Shown: one piece after another, positions 25,373-37,568 of the stretch
How positions within the stretch are numbered: position 1 is the stretch's first letter
Layout: every line of letters begins with the position of its first letter
DNA from: Octopus vulgaris
Taxonomy: Eukaryota
Assembly: GCA_951406725.2 (NCBI GenBank)
Contig: OX597820.1
Location: 33,666,001 to 33,730,000 of the forward strand
DNA length: 64,000 nt
Direction: 5' to 3'
Translations under genes and position numbers: made by a program
Notes under the pieces: generated by a model
Seen by the model: the letters and a program-made list of their open reading frames with translations, nothing else
What the model was told of the DNA's origin: nothing
Database searches by the model: none

Positions 25373-26014
25373 GAGACGAAGGTTCATCTGCACCGGCGAT
25401 TGGAACTGTTGTATTACATGATTTCAATGTAAATTGCACTTCATCACCAACTTAGCACTCTACCATCGAATGCCAGATTCAAAATTCATTAAACCGATAT
25501 TCTTTTAACACTGACTTAACAGTTAATGGTGTCGCAAATGTCTATACGAAAAACTTCCTCAGCAAATGCCTACACGAGATTATTTGTCTGGACCATTACC
25601 GCAGCCTACGGTGTTCAAAACAAGACAACCAAGTTAAGTTACTAAGGCTGCTTCAATTGCTAATAGCAAACTTATACACAACGCCAAATTTTTCAACATC
25701 ACACTGTGGTCGATAATTTTTTCCCTACCAACCCAACAGCCAGGTTCGAGTAATATGCCGGAGGAATAGGAATCGACATGAGGGTAGAGCAGGCCCAAAA
25801 AAACTGTTCTGTTGGGGACAGCTAGGATACTGAGATTGGTGCTTGGGTGTGGAATGTCTTCCGCGATAAGTTAACATCCAAGCACCTAAGCCTATAATTA
25901 GGACACAGAACTCTAAGAAGTAATAACAATGATAATGATGATGATGATGATGATGATGATGATAATGGTGGTGGGGGGGGTGATGATGATGATGATGAGG
26001 ATGATGAGGATGAT

Positions 26015-26400
26015 GTTTGTGCCTTCTCTACCAGATCCCCGACGACAAGCACCAATCTCGTAGCTAATACCTTGGCCAAAATTTTGAACTTTGTATTCAG
26101 CAGAGTTATGAGCCTCATGTTGTCAGAACAATCCCCCTTGTTTGGGTCTTTTCTCAGCAACCACACCGCTCTTCAGCTCACAAAACTAGGAATTCTCGCA
26201 CTCTGTTGCCAGTTGCAGTAAACGTTTCCTAAGAAGTCATCGAAGAAGTCTGGCATGTAAGCATAAAGCTCGTATGGTAGGCCATCCAAACTAGGCGATT
26301 TACCCCACGTGCAACTAGCCAATGCTTCCGTATATCAAAGACTATTATCAGCCTTTCGCAGCGCTCCTCCTCCGTCGCCGAGAGCCGAGGTAGGACGTGA
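26015..26400 (-). mobile_element. Tx1/L1-clade reverse transcriptase fragment
   Basis: GKSPSLDGLPYELY, VWLLRKDPNKGDCSDNMRLITLLNTKFKILAKVLATRL. Confidence 0.85.
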
Positions 26401-26894
26401 AATCTAACCTGTGACCCGGCTCACCGCTGCTCCATTTTCCAGTAACCGGATCCCTGTCTATGAAGCTTATCTAAGTCGACTGTACAGATCACGAATTTGT
26501 GGTCTGTATAGTCGACTACTTTAACCTGTGGTCAACCTACGCTATCCTCATCTACTACTCTACTCTAGATACGATCTGGATGACCCGAAGCAGTTTGACC
26601 AGGACCACTCTGGCACATCTGGGAATCGTCTGAGCAGGTTTGCGAGGCTTTTTCACCTTCTTCTCCTATCTGCTAAACCTACACAGTCCCACTCAAATTA
26701 GTCAGTTTAAAACATCACTAAACAGTTATGCCCGGAAACATAGCTACCAAAAACAAAAGTAGATACGATTTTCGATCTATCAGCCTTCGATATGACAAAT
26801 ATATCCATTTGGAAAACAAGCGGTATCATGTCAAAAAGTCAGCCCTGAACAAACAGATCCGTCTCCTATTGTCACCGTCAATGCTAAGCCAAAA

Positions 26895-27330
26895 CTCATG
26901 CCAGATCGGTCATCGCCCGAGACGAGGACCTCGTTACCCAGTGGGGAATGAGACTCGGGTCGAAAAGTCTGCTGCTGGAACGAACTCTCAAAAAAACGAA
27001 CTACCAGGTAACCAGAACCAGGACAACCCTACCCCTAGACCTGTAATGATACCACCTAAAGCAAAACGCACAAAATGGACTACAGAGGTTTAGAGAGATG
27101 TGTTGAAAGCTTTCTATACAACCCAACAAAGCCCAAATAATAACCTCATTGTACAAACATACACTTAAGAGAAACTTAGTAGGCAACGAAGTACGCAGAT
27201 ATATAGACGTAAATAAATTAATGTACATAGAGACATCATTAAGAATAAAAGTTTAACTGACGCTGAAATTAGTCAAATTAGGACAAATATCTCATGGTAG
27301 AACAAATGAAAACAGCAACAATGCAGATGA
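26895..27330 (+). mobile_element. N-terminal fragment of an R4/Dong-like ORF
   Basis: KRTKWTTEV*RDVLKAFYTTQQSP...IIKNKSLTDAEISQIR resembles the Myb-like N-terminus of R4-clade proteins. Confidence 0.55.
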
Positions 27331-27689
27331 AATAGCTTCTTTCAGTTTCCGTCTCTACGAAATCCACTCAGAAGGGCCGAGGTTTAGCAGAACACAATTT
27401 CAATTTTAACTCAAGGTAACCGTTGTACTGTTGCACTCGACTGCTGGCTTGTCTTCGACCGGGGAGGTCATGGAGATATTGTTGGTGATGTCTTTTTGTT
27501 GTTGTTACTTTTCTTCTGCATTTTTTATCTTTTACTTGTTTCAGTCATTAGTCAGCGGTCATGCTGGGGCCCCGCCTGGAAGGGTTTTCAGTCGACCGAA
27601 TCGGCCCCAATATTTATTCATTTTATGTACTTAATATTATTTCTTAAATTTTCCTTTGATTAAGAATATTGTTGAAATTCCAAGGTTTA

Positions 27690-27977
27690 TTAGATACAAC
27701 AGACATAGGTCCCATGTGACCTACTTGACAGCTTGAGCCTACAATTTCGAAAAAGACCCTTTTTCCCTAGTTAGAAGCAGACTCTCCAGGACTCAGTTGG
27801 ACGAGAGCGAAGAAGAAGAGGCAGATAAATATATCTTGATTTAGCAAGACCGAGGATGGGACGGATCTCAGCAGAGCGGCCATTCGGCTTGTAAGGCAGA
27901 ACAGATGCCAGTAGAGATTTGCTGACTGAAGGGCATCCAGAACTGTATGCCCGACTATTGACTATGCTAGTCACGGG

Positions 27978-27990
<13 letters not shown>
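27690..27990 (+). mobile_element. 3' end of an RTE-type LINE with a (GAT)n tail
   Basis: TLQDSVGRERRRRGR-type C-terminal motif, then a short UTR running into (GAT)n. Confidence 0.5.
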
Positions 27991-28720
<730 letters not shown>

Positions 28721-29154
28721 GACAGACAGAGAGAGCAGCAAAATCACAGCTCTCAAGAGCATTGTGCGCTCCGTACTTCCACCACCTCTCACCAACGATT
28801 CAAATTAGTATTCAAGCAGTAAGTCATTTTTTACTTCTGAGTGTCACATCTGCTGGCGAAGCTCAATAACATGACTATACTGACTGCATAGGACTTGTTT
28901 TAGCTGAAACCTTCCCTCTGTGTACTCACGCTCACATGTGCACACACGCCCGGATGCATACGTCGGTGGTGGTGGTGCAACCTACAATTATTATAGGTTC
29001 GTTCATTGATCGGTTTTACTCAATAAGTCAATTGATCAGATGAGAAAAGTTGAACGATCTAATGCTATTTTCGTCGGAGTCAGAGCATTCTAGTGGAAAA
29101 TTTTTTGCTTGCTAGGTGTATTTTATATTAATTGTTTCATCCTTTAGAAGGAAC

Positions 29155-29492
29155 AGTTGTTTGTTCCTTCTCGAGCCATGCCTGGCTCATAAGGGCCGGT
29201 TTCCCGGTTTCCTTGGCGTATAGGTTCCCCACCTGGACGAGACGCCAGTCCGTCGCAGGTGAGCTGCACGATGCAGGAGGAAAGAGTGAGAGAAAGTTGT
29301 GGCGAAAGAGTCAGCAGAGGTTCACCATTACCTACTGCCGGAGCCGCGTGGAGCTTAGGTGTTTCGTTCAAAAACACACCACATCGCCCAGTCTGAGATT
29401 CGAACCCGCGATCCCTCGACCGCGAGTCTGCTGTTCTAACCACTAGGTCATGTGCCTCCACTGCTCTAACCACTAGGCCATGTGCCTCCACT
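29155..29492 (-). mobile_element. tRNA-derived SINE family C with a V-domain-like central motif
   Basis: GGAGGCACATGGCCTAGTGGTTAGAGCAG (duplicated head), GGTTCGAATC B box, CTGCGACGGACTGGCGTCTCGTCCAGG, and an (AAC)n-type tail. Confidence 0.85.
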
Positions 29493-29584
29493 CTCTATTT
29501 ATATTAAAAGAGACTGTATAAACTCTCTATTTGTATTAGTAGAGAGTTTATAAAATATTTTGCCTGGATTAGAAAAACGTAAAG

Positions 29585-29803
29585 TTTCCTTCTCGAGTTA
29601 TACTGGCTCATAAGGGCCAGTTTCCCAGTTTGCATGACGTATATATATATTCCCCATCTGGACGGGACGCCAGTCCGTCGCAAAATAACTCATTTATGCA
29701 AGCTGAGTGGAAAAGAACTTTGTGAAATGAAAGTCCAAGAATCGAAACCACATTCTTACGATCATGAGTCCAATACCCAAACCACTAAGCCACGCGCCTC
29801 CAC
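29585..29803 (-). mobile_element. Decayed SINE related to family C
   Basis: GGAGGCGCGTGGCTTAGTGGTT...GGTTCGATTC...TGCGACGGACTGGCGTCCCGTCCAG. Confidence 0.7.
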
Positions 29804-29950
29804 TTTTTTGCCCGAATACTGATCCTTCATTAATAACTCTTTATCATAAAGATTTATTAATATATATCGTACATAATTATATTCGGAAACAGCTGTTAGT
29901 CGAATTTCCAACATTAAAAGAATATGTAGACTATTATCTCTACCTTGTCT

Positions 29951-30450
29951 CATACATACATACATACATACATACATACATACATACATACATACATACA
30001 TACATACATACATACATACATGCATGCATGCATGCATGCATGCATACATACATACATGCACGCATATATACATACATACATACATGCATGCATGCATACA
30101 TACATACATACATACATACATACATACATACATGCATACATACATACATACATACATGCACGCATACATACATACATCCATACATACATACATACATACA
30201 TGCATACATACATACATGCATACATACATACATGCATACATACATACATACATGCACGCATACATACATACATACATACATGCATGCATACATACATGCA
30301 TACATACATACATACATATACACACACACACACATACAGACAGACATGCATATATACATACACAGATACATGCATGCATACATACATACATACATGCATA
30401 CACACACACATGCACACACTCACACATGCACACGCACACGCACACGCACA
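29951..30450. repeat. (CATA)n/(CATG)n/(CA)n microsatellite
   Basis: Direct read. Confidence 0.95.
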
Positions 30451-30454
30451 CATA

Positions 30455-31305
30455 TCCGCTGACAACCACAATAAAGACAATGGCGACGGCGATATCCGTG
30501 GCGGCAGCAGTGGATCAAGTAACAGAGACAACAATATCAACAGTCACGAGGGCAACAGCAACACCAACATCAACATTGCGGCAGGAAATGGCTGCTACGC
30601 GAGCAACAACAGAATCACCAGAACCACGTTCAGGAATATCAACGCCGGCAGCAACTCCAGCAACAACAACAACATTGAACCCGAAGTTAACGACAGAAAC
30701 ATTAGCGGTGGTAGCACGTCCAGTACACAGATACGAAAATATGTCGGTTTCTACAGGGCCCAAGTTTAAGCAATGTCTGAGCAACCATAGACCTCTTTTA
30801 GTACACCAGAAGACGTAACATCACATCCCTGGCCATCCACGTATGGCATTTAAAAGAGGAAGGAACCCCACAGATAATTAGTTGGAAGCTCTTTGGATTG
30901 CCGGGGACTTTGGCAGAGAGAGCAAGAATTCTAAAAACTTCGGTCGACCCAGGAACTGTTTTTAAACTCCAGGAAAGAATTATTTAGTCAATACCCTCGC
31001 CTAAAACGTTTCCCACAACGAACTTGGAATCCCCATTCGCTGAATAGTCCCGTGGCAGCTTCTTCGAATATCACCACGGCGGGGACCGAGGTAAGGGGGA
31101 TAACCTAGTCCTATCTACAACACCTCTCGCAATAATTTCTTCTTTTTTTTTCTACACACAACTAACTGACGTATTTCTTCCACCTGTTGTAGAGAAGTTA
31201 TGTGCGCCTTCGGCCATGTGCGTCTGCCGAGTCGCCTATACGGCTAAGTGTTTTATAGGTGCAAAACAAATGGTCACTATATGACCGGCCATAACAATTA
31301 ACTTC

Positions 31306-31308
<3 letters not shown>
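30455..31308 (+). mobile_element. Penelope-like element 3' fragment (GIY-YIG with a long Asn/Ser-rich insert) ending at (TA)n
   Basis: Across frameshifts: KYVG(S)TGPKFKQCLSNHR..., ITSLAIHVWHLKEEGTPQIISWKL, FLNSRKELFSQYPRLKRF. Confidence 0.7.
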
Positions 31309-31380
<72 letters not shown>

Positions 31381-31384
31381 TTAT

Positions 31385-31682
31385 TGTTGTTGTTGTTTGT
31401 TCCTTCTCGAGCCATGCCTGGCTCATAAGGGCCGGTTTCCCGGATTCCTTGGCGTATAGGTTCCCCACCTGGACGGGACGCCGGTACGTCGCAGGTGAGC
31501 TGCAAGATGCAGGAGGAAAGAGTGAGAGAAAGTTGTGGCCAAAGGGTCAGCAGAAGTTCGCCATTACCTTCTGCCGGAGCCGCGTGGAGCTTAGGTGTTT
31601 CGCTCATAAACACACACATCGCCCGGTCTGAGATTCGAACCCACGAGTCCGCTGCTCTAACCACTAGGCCATGTCCCTCCAC
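31385..31682 (-). mobile_element. tRNA-derived SINE family C
   Basis: Near-identical to 29155-29492, with an (AAC)n tail. Confidence 0.88.
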
Positions 31683-31816
31683 TGGCCGCTGATATTTATA
31701 GTGTTAAACACTTTCGGTATGCCAATTAGGGACTCCTTCATAGAGTAACTGCTGCATTTGTTGAGTATATAAACAGTTTGGCGACTTGTTTCTGTGGAGA
31801 TTGTCAAAATGATGTG

Positions 31817-31866
31817 GACGCCTCAGATGAGCGCCCAATAAGGTTCGAAAATCGATTAAGGTTGTT
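31817..31866 (+). ncRNA. Degenerate type-I hammerhead motif (U4>A)
   Basis: gcct-CAGATGA-GCGCC..GGTTC-GAAAA-TCGA-TTA-aggt. Stem III is palindromic. Confidence 0.5.
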
Positions 31867-32039
31867 CATTTTTTTCAGACTGTGGAGAAATGGCTAAAAT
31901 TTGCCCTTTTTATAATTATACCATATGTTATATATATCAATAATAATATGACAACAAAAGAATGAATGAGACCTCAATATTGTGTAAAATAGAGGAATTT
32001 ATCTATAAATATAATATGTGACAATTAGTTGGTTGTCAT

Positions 32040-32100
32040 AATAAAACTCAGAGTTTCGGATACCGGGGCTTAAGTCTGCTCCGGTATCTCATCAGTTACT
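32040..32100 (-). ncRNA. Type-I hammerhead ribozyme motif
   Basis: AGTAA-CTGATGA-GATACCGG-loop-CCGGTATC-C-GAAACTC-T-GAGTT-TTATT. Intact core, 8-bp stem II, GUU site. Confidence 0.8.
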
Positions 32101-32189
32101 AAGACAAAATGCTATGAAAAAAACCGTTAAATAAAGGGAAATTATTCCTATAAGCATGCTGAAAGTAATACTTCATTCATAGAATCTGC

Positions 32190-33868
32190 ATATGCACACA
32201 TATACACACACACATACATGTACGTACACACATACACACACACACATATGTATGTATATTTATCTATATACACACGCGTATACAAATACATACAAACACA
32301 CATATATACATATTTCTACGCATACACGCACTTATACTCATGCACACATCACTGCGCTCATATATACAACTCTACACACACACACATACATACGCGGATA
32401 TACAAAATGTAGTTTATATGCACCTGCGTATACATACGCGGAAAACGTATATACAAAAACACATACTCAAAAACACACTCATCAATATGTTCATATACAC
32501 ATCTCTATACGCAAATACACATACATACGCGGATTTACAAAACATAGTCTATACACATATGCACATACATACGCGGATAGATGTATTGGGTTGTCCGGAA
32601 AGTTCGTGCCGATTTATAGTAGCTTAACTTTCGACTTATTTTAGAACATGGTTGAGTCCATAAAATAGGATTTGACTACACCTCCATTTAGAGCACAGTT
32701 TAAGCTATCTTTTCGTGGAAGAAGGTTTATGTTCCTATAACCTGTGTTAATTATGTAACCCTTTAAAATGGAAGATAAGAAAGTTTATATTCGGCACTTG
32801 ATGCTTTAGGGAACCAGACAAAAATTACTGCAGCTTGGCTGGAATGTGTTACCCCACCCTCCATATTCACCAGATATTGCTCTTTCGGATTTCCACTTAT
32901 TCAGGTCTCTGCAGAATAGTCTTAATGGTAAAAATTTTAATTCCTTCGATGACGTAAAAAGATACCTTGATGAATTCTTTGCCATGAAACCACCTCAATT
33001 CTGGGAAGAGGGTATTTTCAAGTTAAAGGAAAGATGGAGATGGATTGTGCAACAAAATGGTTCATAATTGGTTGATTAAAAATGTAATGGCAAGTGTTTA
33101 TTGACCTTTTCCTTTCCTTTAAAAGTCGGCACGAACTTTCCGGACAACCCAATATATACAAACAAAAACACATACGCAAAAAAAGTACATAAACCGTAAA
33201 ACATTCAGCGCCGCAGAACTTGAATATACAAATGAGTTATATATGTATATACACAAATACACATCTACACCTGCAGACATATAAACGTATAAACATACAT
33301 ATATGTCTCCTTCCTTCATACACTCATATATGTACGTATATTCGTTTATATGTCTGCAGGTATAGACGTATTTGCCAGACAGGAGGGTGCCTCATTTGTA
33401 TATTCAAGTTTTGCGGTTTACGTATTTCTTCTTTTTTTTGCGTATGTGTTTTTATTTATATATACGTCTATATTTGTCACACAGGAGGGTGTATTTGTGT
33501 ATATACATAGATAACTCATTTTTATATTCAAGTTTTGTGGCGAAGGTGAATGTTTTACGGTTTATGCGTTTGTGTTTTTGATTTGTATATACGTCTATCA
33601 GCGTATGTGTGTGCATGTGTGTATAGACTATGTTTTGTATATCCGCGTATGTATGTGAATGTGCGTATAGAGATGTGTATATGAACATATTGATGCGAGT
33701 GTTTTAGAGTATGTGTTTTTGTGTATGTTTTCTGCGTATGTATATGCATGTGCGTATAAACTACGTTTTGTATATCCGCGTATGTATGTGTGTGTGCGTG
33801 TAGAGATATATATATGAGCGTAGTGATGCGTGCATGGGTATATATGTGTGTGTTTGCGTAGAAATATG

Positions 33869-33900
<32 letters not shown>
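32190..33900. repeat. Fold-back element: diverged inverted arms of about 500 bp built from microsatellite-like sequence
   Basis: About 32300-32583 plus 33153-33270 is the reverse complement of about 33480-33880. Confidence 0.8.
32586..33152 (+). mobile_element. Internally deleted mariner element (567 bp)
   Basis: TA|TTGGGTTGTCCGGAAAGTTCGTGCCGA...TCGGCACGAACTTTCCGGACAACCCAA|TA. MEDKKVYIRHLML is fused to LPHPPYSPDIALSDFHLFRSLQNSL. Confidence 0.95.
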
Positions 33901-33943
<43 letters not shown>

Positions 33944-34165
33944 ATATGTTTTTATATGTCTATATGGTTTTATTTAATATACATATAATCATATACTTCT
34001 CATTTATTTAGTTTTTCTTCCCTTTATCCTTCCTCTTTCTATAGGCTACCTCTGACTTTATATCCTATAACGTTGTTTTGAAACAAGGTTAATAGCGTTC
34101 AGTTAATCACTATACATATCTATCATTTTCTGTTAAAATGTCTTATTGAAGAGTTTCATTTCTTC

Positions 34166-34251
34166 ATTTCCCTGAAGAGATTACATTGTTTTACACCATT
34201 TTATTCCTTTGGAATAATACCAGTGATTTCTTCGAAACATGTGTCGGAAGT
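34166..34251 (+). ncRNA. Type-I hammerhead ribozyme motif
   Basis: ATTTCC-CTGAAGA-GA...TC-GAAAC-ATGT-GTC-GGAAGT. 6-bp stem I, GUC site, about 35 nt upstream of (TA)n. Confidence 0.8.
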
Positions 34252-34284
34252 AAAAAAATTTGAATAACACCTGCATTTAACTCC

Positions 34285-34358
<74 letters not shown>

Positions 34359-34443
34359 AAGGGTGGAAAGGAACACACGAGTTGATGTATATGAAAAAAC
34401 AAGTCAAAAATAGAAAATGCTAAGATAATTTTATAGTGAATCT

Positions 34444-34486
34444 TTCAGTACCGGTTTCGGTCATTTTGAGACCTTTTCAACTGTAA
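34444..34486 (-). ncRNA. Hammerhead motif with U3:A8 core
   Basis: TTACAG-TTGAAAA-GGTC-loop-GACC-GAAAC-CG-GTA-CTGAA. Confidence 0.7.
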
Positions 34487-35125
34487 CGATTAAATAATTA
34501 AATTTAGAAAAATTAGAAGAAAAGTTTTTTTAAATGAATATTTCTGTAGTAGTGTTCAGATATAAGTAGCATTCTGCCTTTCTCTGACTCCCTTGTTTGC
34601 ACTTGTGTGTTCGAGGTCGTTTTGAGTTCTTGGTAGGATAGGTGAAGAATAAGGAGGCTGATGTGGAGAGAGGGTGGGGAAATCTGGGAATGCCTTAATG
34701 GTCGTATTTTGAATGGTCAGTGGCTGACAGTAGTCGCAGTTCAATTCAGGAATTGTTTATGGAATTTGCGTAGGCGTTATACTGAAAGACATTAGTGACA
34801 AGGTTAAGGGGTGGAAGGTGGAGAAGTAGAAGAAGAAGAAGATGACGATGTTGATGATGATGATGAAGAAGAAGAAGAAGAAGAAGAAGAAGAAGAAGAA
34901 GAAGAAGAAGAAGATGGTGGTGATGATGGTGGTGATGATGATGACGACGATGATGATGATAATGATGATGATGAAGAAGAAGAGGAAGAAGAAGAAGAAA
35001 AAAACAGCGAAGGGAGAATATGAATGGGTGAAAGTATAGCTGTGATGGGGCTGATTAGTAATGGATTCTATGGAGTGTAATATTTGTGTGTGTATATATT
35101 TCTTTTATTCTAAAGTTGAGGTATA

Positions 35126-35500
35126 TTAATTGTTTGTCGTAGACCCGTTAAGAAGTGGCTTGTATTTTGTAATAAAGAGATTTTCTTTACTTATTCGTTG
35201 TCTCGAGGTTGTATCGTCCCTAAATTGGTAGAGGGGGAAAATCCTGAAGTTTGGTGTTTTTTTGTTGGCGCAAGTATCTATGTGTTGGCTAAAAGCTATT
35301 TTTCTGTTTTGGAGAATTTTTATCTGGGATCTGTGCAGGGCCATTCGTTTACGCAAACCATTTTTTGTTTGGCCTATGTACTGCTCTTGACACCCGGAGC
35401 AGGTTAGTGAGTATATTAGGTTCTCCGAAGCACATGTGAAGTTGCTTTTCACTGTAAACCGTTGTGCCTGTTTGAAGGAGAACTCTGATCCCTCAATTAG
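35126..35500 (-). pseudogene. PLE GIY-YIG endonuclease domain (open frame, 5' truncated)
   Basis: FTCASENLIYSLTCSGCQEQYIGQTKNGLRKRMALHRSQI...RISKENLFITKYKPLLN. Confidence 0.9.
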
Positions 35501-35617
35501 ATATCTAATTGAGGGATCAGAGAAAGGCAGAATGCTACTTATATCTGAACACTACTACAGAAATATTCATTTAAAAAAACTTTTCTTCTAATTTTTCTAA
35601 ATTTAATTATTTAATCG

Positions 35618-35660
35618 TTACAGTTGAAAAGGTCTCAAAATGACCGAAACCGGTACTGAA
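35618..35660 (+). ncRNA. Hammerhead motif with U3:A8 core (inverted pLTR copy)
   Basis: Same sequence as 34444-34486 on the opposite strand. Confidence 0.7.
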
Positions 35661-35707
35661 AGATTCACTATAAAATTATCTTAGCATTTTCTATTTTTGA
35701 CTTGTTT

Positions 35708-35773
<66 letters not shown>

Positions 35774-35776
<3 letters not shown>

Positions 35777-36616
35777 ATTAGCTCGTATACGAGTGGGTAT
35801 ATATTTGTAAAAAATGAAGTTTGAAAATGCTGCTATATTAGACAAACTTTAATTTTTATATATACATTATTTATTTAACATGTTTCGGTTCTTGAAATGA
35901 CGAACCTTATCAAAAGAAAATTATATATAAAAAAGATAGTTCATGCTATCAAATATAAAAAAATTCATATATAATATTCAATAGAATCAGACATAAAAAA
36001 ATCATATATAGTAAAGCGAGTCCATGCTATATGTTTAAAGAGTATGATGTAGTAGTTCATAGTGGTGATATGCATTCAATATAAAAAATTCATGTTCTTG
36101 AAAAAGCGAGGAAATAATTTTAGATTTTACCTTGTGTTCCAATGGGAGCAACTGTAATGACTTTTGGTTGGCGCCTGTTCGTATAGTTTTGGTGAATCTT
36201 GTGAATTGTTTGGGTTTTATATCAGTTCAGCTTAGCTGTCTCACTTGCATTTTTCACTGACGTCATATAGTTCCCAACCAATCAAAACTCAGTCTCAACG
36301 AATATATCTTGTTAGGAAACCAACCAAGCAGAACGACAGTTTGGCCACGGGAGAAATATGTCATCCTTGTTTTTGACGGATTGGAATTTGATCTGATCCA
36401 TGACTGTAGCCTGTTAGGTGGCTAGTCAAGCGGAACGAGACGTCATCAATGTTTTGACTGATCATCTCGTTAGGTGGCTAGTCCAGCAGAACGGGACGTC
36501 ATCAATGTTTTGACCAGTCATCCCGTTTGGTGGCTAGTCTAGCAGAACGAGACGTCATCAATGTTTTGACCAATCAGAATCGGGTCTGACCTATAGCTGT
36601 ATTAGATCTGACCCAT

Positions 36617-36620
<4 letters not shown>
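35774..36620 (-). mobile_element. Non-coding HHR-bearing element between two (TA)n tracts (pLTR-like)
   Basis: HHR TTGATAA-GGTTC..GAACC-GAAAC-AT-GTT at 35874-35920. 35774-36175 is homologous to 8913-9340. About 55-bp tandem repeats at 36410-36580. Confidence 0.65.
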
Positions 36621-36683
<63 letters not shown>

Positions 36684-36699
36684 GATAAATGTATATATA

Positions 36700-37568
36700 C
36701 AGGGTTCAGTGAATAAACTGTCGTCTAAATTACGCAAGAATGAAAGTAACACTGACATCTCATTTTGAAAGATACATTTACCAAAATTACATAAATATAT
36801 CTTGAAATTCTAAAGGGTAAATTAATTCAATAAAATCGCCGTTAGCTTCGACCACGGCATCCCGACAACTTCGGAATCCCTTGCAACTCCTGCGGACGGT
36901 TTCCTTGTTTAAGTTGGTGAATGCTGCCATAATCCTTGCCTTCAGTTCATTTTTGGTGTTACAATGAGTTTTGCTGGTCTCTCGCTCAACTTCGCTCCGC
37001 ACATAATAATCAAGGGGGATGCAGCCTGGAGAGTTAGATGGCCAGATGTTAGGGGTAGTGTGGTCACAGAAATTGTCTGACAGCCATGATTGGGTGCTCC
37101 TGTTTGTGTGGCATAGTGCAGAGGCCTGTTGCCAGACACAGGGTTTTCTAGCCGCCACCCTCCAGACCCAAGGTAGCAGTACCTCCTCCAGGGCACTTGA
37201 TGTAGTCCTTCGTGTTGAGTCTGAGGCTGTGTGGTAAGATGAATGGAGGCATAACACGCCATCACTAGTGATCACGCGAAACACCATGATGTTGACTCGA
37301 TGTTTGATTTTTATCACTTTCGGTACATGTCCTCAGACTGCACTGTCCTCAGACACTGAAATGTTTGTATTCGAGCTTCTAGTACGAATGCCAAGCAGTA
37401 CAGCGTATAGCTTCCAAACATCTGGCAGAATGAATTGCGTCATGGTGCTGTTTTTCTCACAGACGGTGCCCAATTGACCCTACTATACTGTGTGGTCGAC
37501 AAAATCAAAAACAATGCGCATGCACGAAAGTAAAAGTGAGATGATGATAATTTACCCATCACACCCTG
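36700..37568 (-). mobile_element. Internally deleted Tc1/mariner-superfamily transposon (maT/DD37D-like)
   Basis: TA|CAGGGT...ACCCTG|TA. MVFRVITSDG, VWQQASALCH, WPSNSPGCIPLDYYVRSEVE, AVVEANGDFIE. Confidence 0.88.

Larger units (their letters stand above)
34355..35716 (-). mobile_element. 5'-truncated Penelope-like element: GIY-YIG domain, 3' pLTR and an inverted pLTR copy, between two (TA)n tracts
   Basis: 34388-34587 and 35517-35716 are inverted repeats, each with an HHR motif. A GIY-YIG ORF lies between them. Confidence 0.9.

Noticed and set aside
25385-25470. VGDEVQFTL, a cold-shock-domain-like peptide on the minus strand
   Set aside because: In-frame stops lie immediately upstream and no splice context supports an exon.
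29400-29492. tRNA-like sequence with A and B boxes
   Set aside because: It is a SINE head that continues into the SINE body in several copies, not a tRNA gene.
29762-30818. Long ORFs of 195-274 aa here and at 6629-7216, plus many (YI)n, (HT)n and (MYVC)n ORFs elsewhere
   Set aside because: They are translations of microsatellites with no protein-family signal. Only the PLE-derived tail after about 30730 is meaningful.
31160-31215. CTGACGT...GAAGT at the expected HHR position of the 30455-31308 PLE
   Set aside because: Both core halves are mutated; too degenerate to call.
36410-36580. 55-bp repeats resembling a CRISPR array
   Set aside because: The units are contiguous with no unique spacers, there are no cas genes, and the context is eukaryotic.
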